A DNA stretch of 32,000 bases. Source: Bdellovibrionales bacterium. Its GTDB lineage: Bacteria; Bdellovibrionota; UBA1018. The position numbers were made by a program, and so were the translations under genes. Of this stretch, positions 24,793 through 32,000 are shown piece by piece (positions within the stretch are counted from its first letter, which is position 1; each line of letters opens with the position of its first letter). The stretch lies in assembly GCA_018266355.1 (NCBI GenBank), contig JAFEAP010000030.1, positions 9,481 to 41,480 of the forward strand, given 5' to 3'. The notes below the pieces were generated by a model. It saw only the letters and a program-made list of their open reading frames with translations, was not told the DNA's origin and did no database searches.

Positions 24793-26433
24793 CTAGAGGA
24801 TCAGCGAAGCCATCGGCATACCGACGAGCCATCCGCCCCAAGACTGGGAAAGGACGCGCGCGATTTGCGGGATGCGCTTCTGGGCGTCCTTTTCGGAGAG
24901 CCCTTTGAGTTCAGGGAAAAGGGTTTCGTACTTCTTCACGTCCCACTTGATCGCCCGTCCGGCGGTGAAATCGTGGTACGGCTTCGGCTTGCTCCAGGTT
25001 TTCTCGCCTTTCGCGTTCAGGACGGATTTCCCGTCCTTGTCCACGATCTCGACGGTCATCGTCCGGTTATAGGGAGCGGTATCGAAACCGTCCTTCAGCG
25101 GGAAGAGGTCGACGAGCGACTTCGGAGCGGAATGGTAGAAAGACGCGAGATCGATCTTCGCGCTCTCGTTCGAAACGACGGCGCTCGTGACCCCGTCGAC
25201 CTTGCTTCCGTCCTTCGCCGTATTCGAGTAAGTCTTGTCGACCGTCGTGACGTACGAAAGGTTATGCAGCCCCGTCGTCATCATGCGGGCGATCGGAGTC
25301 GTGCCGCGCGGATCGAGGAGGTTTCCGAACGTGCTCTCGTCGTTTTGGCGGCGGCGAAGCTCGGCCCAGCTATAAGAGGCTTCGGCGACCGCCCATTTCA
25401 GGTCGGCGTACGCGGAGTTCATCCAGCCTTGGCCGCCTTCGCGAAGATCGAAGAGCCCGGTCCGATTGTTCTGCGCGCGCAGGACGTCGAAACGCACGCG
25501 ATCGGTCGTGACTTCCGGGTTGTAGCGGAACGCGCTTCCGTAACCGAACTTCTTCGAAAGGGTGTCGATCGCGCTGAAGAGGCCGTTCAAGTTATAGGCG
25601 TTCAAGCTGCAAAGCGAGCTGAGCGCGTAGTGCACGTTCGAAAGCGCCGCGTGGCGCTCGGCTTCGCCCATCCGGATGAACCGGTCTTGGTCGCTGAAGA
25701 AGTCGGCGTCGGCGTAAAAGATCTTCGCGTCGAAATAGACGGTCTTGTTCGCGAAATTCAGCGCGTGGAGGCGATCGCGCGCCTTCCCGAGTTTCGGACG
25801 GACTTCGTTGTTCAAGAAGTCGTGGAATTCGAGCTCGTTCGTGATCGGTTTACCGGTCCCGGTGTTCGGGACGGTGAGGTACTTCATCCCCGCTTTCCAC
25901 TGGTCGGTCGGGAGGTAGGTCATCACGCCCGCTCCGACGGCGCGCAGGGTGGCCACGGCGCCGAGGCGCGTGATCGGCGTCGGCTCGATCCAGTCGATCG
26001 CGCGATTGAAGAAACCGTTGAACGCGATGAGCGGCGCCATTTGGGCGGCCGCGAACTTCGCGTCGTCGCCGAGCGTGTTGTAAAAGGCGTCGTTATCGAG
26101 ATCACGGAGAATCGAGTGGAGATCTTCCGGCGTCTTCGCGGCGAACACGCGTTTGCGAAGAGCGATGAAGGAATCCGAGAAGTTCGTGGTCTCGTTCCGC
26201 GACTCGGTGGTAGCGACTTTGCGCCCTCCGCGCTCCTCGGCGGCGGCGATCGCGGCCTGGTACTCTTCCGCGCTCGGCGGCGGCATCACTTCGGGGGCCG
26301 GGCCCGCCGGAGTGCTCTTCACCGTGGTTTTCGCGACGGTTTTCGCGACGGTTTTCGCGGTGGCGGCTCCGGCCGAAACGGCGAAACCGAGGAACAAAAA
26401 GGTCGCGAGCGAACGAGACGTGAATTTTTTCAT
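24793..26433 (-). CDS. Secreted protein of unknown function (about 546 aa)
   Basis: Signal peptide MKKFTSRSLATFLFLGFAVSAGAATAKT, KTVAKTVAKTT repeat, long globular region without recognised motif; SD-like GGAGAGG upstream of the ATG at 26433. Confidence 0.7.
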   Translation of the reverse strand: MKKFTSRSLATFLFLGFAVSAGAATAKTVAKTVAKTTVKSTPAGPAPEVMPPPSAEEYQAAIAAAEERGGRKVATTESRNETTNFSDSFIALRKRVFAAKTPEDLHSILRDLDNDAFYNTLGDDAKFAAAQMAPLIAFNGFFNRAIDWIEPTPITRLGAVATLRAVGAGVMTYLPTDQWKAGMKYLTVPNTGTGKPITNELEFHDFLNNEVRPKLGKARDRLHALNFANKTVYFDAKIFYADADFFSDQDRFIRMGEAERHAALSNVHYALSSLCSLNAYNLNGLFSAIDTLSKKFGYGSAFRYNPEVTTDRVRFDVLRAQNNRTGLFDLREGGQGWMNSAYADLKWAVAEASYSWAELRRRQNDESTFGNLLDPRGTTPIARMMTTGLHNLSYVTTVDKTYSNTAKDGSKVDGVTSAVVSNESAKIDLASFYHSAPKSLVDLFPLKDGFDTAPYNRTMTVEIVDKDGKSVLNAKGEKTWSKPKPYHDFTAGRAIKWDVKKYETLFPELKGLSEKDAQKRIPQIARVLSQSWGGWLVGMPMASLIL

Positions 26434-26522
26434 CGAGAAAGCCCTCTCCATTGGCCTGCATAAATTTTGGAGGCCGGAGGAATAGTTTTCAACTTAAAAC
26501 AAAACCGAAGAGAATGGTCCCC

Positions 26523-28742
26523 ATGAGCGCCAAATCGTCGTTACCGCGGATCGAGCGCGCGATCCGTAAAATCCAGGCCGCCGCGGTCAAACGATCGACG
26601 CTTTGGCTCGTCGGACTCTCGGCCGTGATCCTTTTGGCGCTCGCCGGGGCCTCGCGACTCCAGACTCTCCTATCCATCGACGAGCTCATCGACTCCGACT
26701 TCCGCGCCTATGCACCCCTCGTCCAGCTCAAGGAAACGTTCAACGACAAGAACGACCTCCTCCTCGTCGTCTCCGGTCCGAATCGCGCGCCGAACCGGAA
26801 GGAACTTTGCGCGATTCAGAAATGGCTCCTCGACGAGGTCGACGGGAACTACCGCTTCCGCCGCATCGTGAGCGTCTACGGAATTCGGAAACCGAAGATG
26901 ATCGACGGCGGACTCAAGATCCCGCCCGTGCTCGACCTTCCCTGCGCGACGGACACTCCCGAGGCGGACGCGAAAGTCGCGTCCCAACTCGCCGAGCTTC
27001 GCGATTCGCCCTGGGGGCGCATCCTCACCTCTCGAAGCGGCGACGACGTCGCGCTCAGTTTCTACCTGAACGACACCGCGAAGGACCTTCGCTTCGGCGC
27101 CTTCGACGTCGGGATCGTGGCCGAGATCGAGAAGAGCTTCGACGAAAAAGTCGTCGCGAAGTTTCCCGGCCTGCGCGCGCGGTGGGCCGGCGTCGCGCCC
27201 CACCAGTATTACCTGAAAGAAGGGCTCGACCAGACGAATCTCCTGAATCTCGCGATGCCGGTCCTCGTCTGCTTCCTGTTCTGGCTCTTCTTCGCGAACG
27301 CTCGCACCGGAATCCTCTTCGTCGTCACGATCGCGATCGGGGGGATCCTCGTCTACGGCGCGATGGCCGTCTTTCACGCTCCCGTCGACGTGCTCGCGAA
27401 CACGCTCCTCCTCATGATCATGCTGAGTTCGCTCGAGGACTTTCTCTTCCTCGTCCACCACCACCAGGACGGAGAGCGCCCCTGGAGGGAGGCTTTCCGC
27501 CGCCTGCTCCTTCCCGGCTTTTTCACCTCGCTCACGACGGCCGTGGGCTTCGCTTCCCTCGGCATGTCGAACTTAGCGACGATCCGGCGATTCGGGGCCT
27601 TCGCCGCCTTCGCGGCCATGGTCGAATGGGCGCTCGTCTTCATCTTCCTTCCGGCGTTCCTCGATCGGTTCCCCCACTTCCGGTCCTGGCTCGTGCCTCG
27701 TTTTTCGGAACGCGGACGCCTCCACGGCTTCCTCTCCCGGCTCGCGCGCTTCCGGCTTCCGCGCGCGGTCGGATTCGCGCTCCTCGCCGTCTATGCCGCT
27801 TCCGGGTACGGCCTCACCCGGCTCCGGGTCAGCGACGCCCCCGCGAACATCTTTCCCGCGCATCACCCCGTGAGCGAAGCGCTCGAGTACCTGAAAGAGT
27901 CGCGTGGGTGGGAGTCCCAGGTGAGCCTCGTCTTCGCGAATTACTACCGCGAAAAGGAGAACCGCGCGGTCGAAAACGCGGTGGAAAAGCTTCCGAACGT
28001 CGTCGCGCTCGAAAGCCCGTACCGGATCGAGGACTACCTCGTCGCGGATCTGCCCGCGGACGAGACGGACCGGATGCACCGGTTCTGGAAGGAGGCGCCC
28101 GCCGCCGCTCGCTTCGTCGGCGCGGACAACTCGGCGCGCACGCTCGTCTATCTCCTCAAGACCGACACCGCCTCGATCGACGCCCTCTCGTCGGAAGTTA
28201 CCCGCCTCTGCCCCTCCGGCGAGTGTCACCTCGCCGGAACCCTCGTGGCCTATACCGAGTTCGGGGACCGGGTCCTCGCGACGCTACTCGAAAGTCTCGG
28301 CGTGAGCCTTTTTCTCGTCTCGATCGTCGTCGTCTACCTGCTCCGCGCGAAAGGGAATTCCGCCTATTTCTCGACCCTGCTTTCGCTCATGTGGGGACCG
28401 TTCGCCCTGATCTGCATCTTCTGGCTCTTCGACTTCCCGGTCACGTACGTGACCTGCACTTTCGCCTCGATCGTCGTCGGCATCGCGGGTGACAACACGA
28501 TCCAGTACCTCTTCGGCACCCGCCGGGGAACGATCGAAGGCGGTGTCGAACGCCAAGGACGCGCGTCGGTCCTCGTCACCCTCATGATGATGGGGCTTTC
28601 CGTCCTTTTCTACGGCTCGTACTTCGCGTCCGTCCGGTCGCTCGCGACGCTCTTCATCCTCGGGTTCGCGCTGACGCTCGTCGGCGACCTCTGGATCTTC
28701 AAGGGAATCCTGCCGAAGGCCGAAGACACGCCCCGGGCGTGA
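26523..28742 (+). CDS. MMPL/RND-superfamily exporter
   Basis: Read from MSAKSSLPRIERAIRKIQAAAVKRSTLWLVGLSAVILLALAG; two TM-cluster repeats with large extracytoplasmic loops; GIAGDNTIQYLFGTRR in the second TM cluster. An alternative ATG exists at 26514; supplied ORF starts at 26451. Confidence 0.8.
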   Translation: MSAKSSLPRIERAIRKIQAAAVKRSTLWLVGLSAVILLALAGASRLQTLLSIDELIDSDFRAYAPLVQLKETFNDKNDLLLVVSGPNRAPNRKELCAIQKWLLDEVDGNYRFRRIVSVYGIRKPKMIDGGLKIPPVLDLPCATDTPEADAKVASQLAELRDSPWGRILTSRSGDDVALSFYLNDTAKDLRFGAFDVGIVAEIEKSFDEKVVAKFPGLRARWAGVAPHQYYLKEGLDQTNLLNLAMPVLVCFLFWLFFANARTGILFVVTIAIGGILVYGAMAVFHAPVDVLANTLLLMIMLSSLEDFLFLVHHHQDGERPWREAFRRLLLPGFFTSLTTAVGFASLGMSNLATIRRFGAFAAFAAMVEWALVFIFLPAFLDRFPHFRSWLVPRFSERGRLHGFLSRLARFRLPRAVGFALLAVYAASGYGLTRLRVSDAPANIFPAHHPVSEALEYLKESRGWESQVSLVFANYYREKENRAVENAVEKLPNVVALESPYRIEDYLVADLPADETDRMHRFWKEAPAAARFVGADNSARTLVYLLKTDTASIDALSSEVTRLCPSGECHLAGTLVAYTEFGDRVLATLLESLGVSLFLVSIVVVYLLRAKGNSAYFSTLLSLMWGPFALICIFWLFDFPVTYVTCTFASIVVGIAGDNTIQYLFGTRRGTIEGGVERQGRASVLVTLMMMGLSVLFYGSYFASVRSLATLFILGFALTLVGDLWIFKGILPKAEDTPRA

Positions 28743-29954
28743 TCAGTTCTCGAATTCCTTCCGGAGCTTCGCGAGACGGTCGAAGTCGATGGTGAGCAGA
28801 CGGGCCTTCTTCTCGCCCTTCACGCGCGCGACGAAATAGAGCGGCGAATCCGGCCGGTCGGAGACGTCGACGTGCTGGGCGTGGGTGTATTTCACCTCGT
28901 CTTCGTCGGAAAGCTTGATGAAGAGCGGGTCGTGGTCCGGGTGATCGAGCGAGATCACGCCGATCCCTTTTTTCCCCGTCAGTCCGTCCTTCGAATGGAA
29001 GAAGACCATATTCAATCCGGAGTGATAGGCCGGGTGCTTGTCGTAGATGTACGTGGAACCGAACTGCCCGAATTTGGCGTCCTTGCCGGTGACGAACACG
29101 GGCTCGCCGAACCTCACTTCTCCGTTCACGACGTCGATATCGACGTAGCCGATCCGCGCGATCTCCTCGCCCGTCTCGGCGATCTCACCCTGCTCGTGGA
29201 AGAAGATCGAAGGGAATTTCCGGCCCGGGCGCGTGCCCCAAGTCGGGTGTTTGTAGAGGTGGTTCCCCATGTAATAGGTCTGGGGACCTTTGATCGTCGT
29301 CCCCGACTCGAAGCGATAGACGTAGATGCCCTGCACGTCCTTGCTCGACTGAGTGTAGAAGGTCATGAGTTTCCCGTCCGGCGAAACGCGGGGGTGTTCG
29401 AGGAACGTCCCCTTCGGAAGCCCGAACGAGGCCGCGTCGTAGGTCGCGAGTTTCTCGCCGTCGCGGTAAACGCTGATTACGGAGTGATATCCGCGCGGCT
29501 CCCATTCGCCGGTCTGAAAGAAATCCCAAGTCGTCTTGATGATCGCGCCGAATCGATATTCGAGTTCGCACGCGATAACGTCGCCGTTCGGTGCGAACGA
29601 GCCTTTCACGAAGATATTCAAGAGCGGCTTCTTGATCCGCTTGCCCATATCGGCGGGATTCGTCAGGTCCTTCATGTAGAGCTCGGTGGGCGGCATCTTG
29701 TCGCTCCACTGGCTCCCGTTCACGAGCACCTTCGTGCCCTCCGCGTTCACGACGGGCGACTCTTTCGCGTCGCCGCCCATCTCGATGACGTCGACGCCCT
29801 TTTTGATCTTCTCTTGCTGATACCGGACCTTCGTCTCGCTCGCGACGCTCTTCTTCGCGAGTTCGGTGCACTCGCCCGCGAGGGCCGGGCGTACCGTCGA
29901 CGGATAAGCGGTGAACGCCAAGACGCCGAGGACGAGGACGGAAGTTTTCTTCAT
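28743..29954 (-). CDS. Secreted beta-propeller-like protein (PD40/WD-like blades), function unknown
   Basis: Signal peptide MKKTSVLVLGVLAFTAYPSTVRPALAGE; repeated ESPVVNAEGTKVLVNG, EHPRVSPDGKLMTFYTQSS, KHPTWG, KHPAYHSGLNMVFFHSKDG. Confidence 0.65.
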   Translation of the reverse strand: MKKTSVLVLGVLAFTAYPSTVRPALAGECTELAKKSVASETKVRYQQEKIKKGVDVIEMGGDAKESPVVNAEGTKVLVNGSQWSDKMPPTELYMKDLTNPADMGKRIKKPLLNIFVKGSFAPNGDVIACELEYRFGAIIKTTWDFFQTGEWEPRGYHSVISVYRDGEKLATYDAASFGLPKGTFLEHPRVSPDGKLMTFYTQSSKDVQGIYVYRFESGTTIKGPQTYYMGNHLYKHPTWGTRPGRKFPSIFFHEQGEIAETGEEIARIGYVDIDVVNGEVRFGEPVFVTGKDAKFGQFGSTYIYDKHPAYHSGLNMVFFHSKDGLTGKKGIGVISLDHPDHDPLFIKLSDEDEVKYTHAQHVDVSDRPDSPLYFVARVKGEKKARLLTIDFDRLAKLRKEFEN

Positions 29955-29974
29955 GCTTAAATCGTAAGGTAGCT

Positions 29975-30889
29975 TCATACGGAGGTCACCCGAAAGGCGC
30001 CGTCAGATTCCAGTCGCTCGAAGAGCTCCCGGTAATTCACTTTCTCGAACATCTCGCGCAGCCGCGCCATCCGGGCGCCGAGAGTGGTCCCGAAGTCGAG
30101 GTCCGCGAAAAGCCGTTTCCGCTCCTCCGACGAAAGCGGTTTCCCCGTCGCGTCGAACGCGGCCGGGATCCAATGCGCCGTTTCGAACGAACGGATGAAC
30201 CGCCGGGAAAGCTCGAAGATCTGGTCGGCGGTCTCGGCGTCGGGCCGTTTCGCCTTGGCGAGGACGAGGCCCGCGCCGTGGTGCCGGGATTCGTCGCGGA
30301 GGATCGACGCGAGCGAAGTCTTCAGTCCCGCGTCCATGCAGGTCTCCTTGAGCCCCGAGTAGTGGGCGATTCCGAAGCCTTCGAGGAGGACCTGGATCAC
30401 GAAGACGAGCGTATCGCGTCCGCCCCACTCGATCGCCTCGGCGAGCGCGGGAAGGACGGGATGGAAATGCGACGTCGTGTTCGGTGTGAACCACATCTCG
30501 TTCATGAACATCCGGAGATGGGTCGCCTCCTCGTTCGCGAAGAGCGCGTAGAGCGTCTTCTCCTCGAGCGTGCTCGAGGTTTGGATCATTTTCGCCGCGT
30601 ACTCGTGGCCGGACTTCTCGATGAAATACGAGAGCGAGAGGTTCAACTCGGTGAGGCGGACGAGGACGGCGTGCTGCTCCTCGGGCGCGAGGCGCGCGTA
30701 GATCGCGGATTTCTGGAGGTGGAAGCGCTCGGCGCCCCAGCAAACCTTCGGCGCCGTGGTCCGGCGCGATTCCACTCCCCGCGCGGCGAAGGAAGCGTCG
30801 ACGATCGCCCCGAGCGGGTGATCGGACGAGAGGTGCGGAGTATCGAGGATCCGACTAAGCGTTTCCGTGGTTTCGTTCCCGAAGGGCAT
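29975..30889 (-). CDS. Ferritin-like diiron protein, possible AurF-type oxygenase
   Basis: 304-aa ORF with helix motifs LYALFANEEATHLRMF, LLEGFGIAHYSG, ASILRDESRHHGAG (ExxH-type ligand pattern). Confidence 0.65.
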   Translation of the reverse strand: MPFGNETTETLSRILDTPHLSSDHPLGAIVDASFAARGVESRRTTAPKVCWGAERFHLQKSAIYARLAPEEQHAVLVRLTELNLSLSYFIEKSGHEYAAKMIQTSSTLEEKTLYALFANEEATHLRMFMNEMWFTPNTTSHFHPVLPALAEAIEWGGRDTLVFVIQVLLEGFGIAHYSGLKETCMDAGLKTSLASILRDESRHHGAGLVLAKAKRPDAETADQIFELSRRFIRSFETAHWIPAAFDATGKPLSSEERKRLFADLDFGTTLGARMARLREMFEKVNYRELFERLESDGAFRVTSV

Positions 30890-31526
30890 AGCTCTCTCCG
30901 TCTCCGACCTTCATGTTCGGATAGAGGCCGGCTCCGGCCTCGATGTGCGCGCGGGCTCCGATCCGCACTCCCGGACCGACGTGCGCGGAATACGACACCA
31001 TGGCGTCCGCGCCGACGGTGATCTTCTTCACGAAAAGAAGATACCGGTCGTCCGTTTTCTTGAGCGCGTGCGCGCTCAGGTAGCTCCGGTTCCCGAAGAA
31101 GGCGCGATCGCCGACTTCGAGGTGGCCGCGGTCCACGATCTGGCACTCCGCGGTCCAATTCACCTTCTTCCCTATGCGCGAGCCCCAGAGCCGGAGCCAC
31201 GCGCTGTAGAGCCCCGGCACGAGGCGAAGCGCGCGCTCGAACGTCGGGAAACTCGTGTAGAAGGACTGGAGGTTATAATAGAGGAACCAGAGGTTCCCCC
31301 CCTTGGCCCGCTTGCCGATCCGGAAAACGCCTTCGGGCGTCGGGCCGAACAGGGCCTTCAGCGCGGTCCAAACCAAGGGCGAAAGGAGATAGGCCGAGAA
31401 GACGAGCCGCGCGCCGTTCACGGCGTCGGGCGAACGCACGAGCCGCACGACGTCCGTCGCGACGAGGATTCCCTGCGCCGCCGGATAGAACGCGAAGATC
31501 GATTCGAGCGCCTTCGGTACCCTCAC
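30855..31526 (-). CDS. LbetaH/hexapeptide-repeat acyltransferase-like protein (start corrected to GTG at 31526)
   Basis: VRVPKALESIFAFYPAAQG...NWTAECQIVDRGHLEVGDRAFFGNRSYLSAHALKKTDDRYLLFVKKITVGADAMVSYSAHVGPGVRIGARAHIEAGAGLYPNMKVGDG left-handed beta-helix pattern; upstream part of the supplied ORF overlaps the next gene out of frame. Confidence 0.68.
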   Translation of the reverse strand: MRVPKALESIFAFYPAAQGILVATDVVRLVRSPDAVNGARLVFSAYLLSPLVWTALKALFGPTPEGVFRIGKRAKGGNLWFLYYNLQSFYTSFPTFERALRLVPGLYSAWLRLWGSRIGKKVNWTAECQIVDRGHLEVGDRAFFGNRSYLSAHALKKTDDRYLLFVKKITVGADAMVSYSAHVGPGVRIGARAHIEAGAGLYPNMKVGDGESYALRERNHGNA

Positions 31527-31537
31527 CGTCCCGCCTC

Positions 31538-32000
31538 TCAGTTCGTCAGGAACGGATAGCGGGCGGTATCGCCCTCTTTGATCGCGAGGAAGCGCTCGAA
31601 GACCTCGTCGAGCATCCGAGCGGTGAGTTTCAGCGACTGGACCATGCATTCTTCGATCGCGTTCCAATCCTCTTCCGTTTTCGCGAATCGCTCGATCGTT
31701 TCCTTCACCACGCGGGCATGCGTCTCGTCGATGCTCGAGTGCTCGCGGAAGAAGGTCATCGCCTTGTCGGGAACGCCGAGGCCCTGCGAGATCATCCCGA
31801 GCAGCGGCTGGATGTAGGCGTACGATTGCTCGGCCCAATAACTGTAGCCGAGGCGCGCGAGAGGGTTCCCTTCGCGGGCGGTCCGGTAGAGGGAATCGAT
31901 CAGCGTTTGGGTCGAAGGCAGCGGCGCCGGGAGGTCCGCCTCGGCGAGCGTCGGATAACCGAGGTTCCGCAAGTCGTGGAACGCCATCAGCTCGTGGCCG
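31538..32000 (-). CDS. Iron-containing redox enzyme family / heme-oxygenase-like fold protein, C-terminal part (truncated at right edge)
   Basis: Open to window edge: GHELMAFHDLRNLGYP...GYSYWAEQSYAYIQPLLGMISQGLGV...MTFFREHSSIDETHARVVKETIERF...MLDEVFERFLAI; helical, with GxxH/E...H..ID..H pattern. Confidence 0.62.
   Translation of the reverse strand, partial: GHELMAFHDLRNLGYPTLAEADLPAPLPSTQTLIDSLYRTAREGNPLARLGYSYWAEQSYAYIQPLLGMISQGLGVPDKAMTFFREHSSIDETHARVVKETIERFAKTEEDWNAIEECMVQSLKLTARMLDEVFERFLAIKEGDTARYPFLTN

Noticed and set aside
26260-26400. Short tandem repeat (about 12 nt, encoding KTVAKTVAKTT)
   Set aside because: Only two to three imperfect units in a signal-peptide-proximal low-complexity region; not a CRISPR or notable satellite.
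26603-28492. 629-aa same-strand ORF in another frame within the exporter gene
   Set aside because: Arg/Pro-rich out-of-frame shadow of the MMPL gene; TM-rich frame is clearly coding.
1-32000. CRISPR arrays, transposases, phage genes, tRNA/rRNA
   Set aside because: None recognised by eye; a tRNAscan/Infernal and minced run would be needed to exclude small or degenerate ones.

Overview
High-GC window, densely packed and mostly minus-strand. Gene content suggests a Bdellovibrionota/Myxococcota-like bacterium (inference). From left to right: (i) a compact minus-strand run of a secreted thioredoxin-NHL protein, a D-threonine aldolase/alanine-racemase-like PLP enzyme, an ALO/GULO-type FAD oxidoreductase and a neutral-ceramidase-like protein truncated at the left edge; (ii) an alpha/beta hydrolase; (iii) a five-gene envelope module (OM beta-barrel, TPR, giant TPR, 113-aa membrane protein, FHA-TonB/AgmX-like protein) resembling part of the Glt/Agm gliding machinery; (iv) an AddAB-like helicase-nuclease pair; (v) a divergent PurL/PurQ-like pair in which several catalytic signatures appear to be missing, including the glutaminase nucleophile Cys; (vi) a 75-aa protein, a secreted orphan, an MMPL/RND-like exporter and a beta-propeller-like secreted protein; (vii) an apparent metal-oxygenase / hexapeptide-acyltransferase / HO-like oxidase gene set running off the right edge. 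The best candidates for something undescribed are the intact but apparently catalytically degenerate PurL/PurQ-like pair, the motor-less Glt-like module and the right-edge metalloenzyme cluster. A recurring TANNNT exactly 6 nt upstream of start codons suggests leaderless transcription. No CRISPR array, transposase or RNA gene was recognised by eye.
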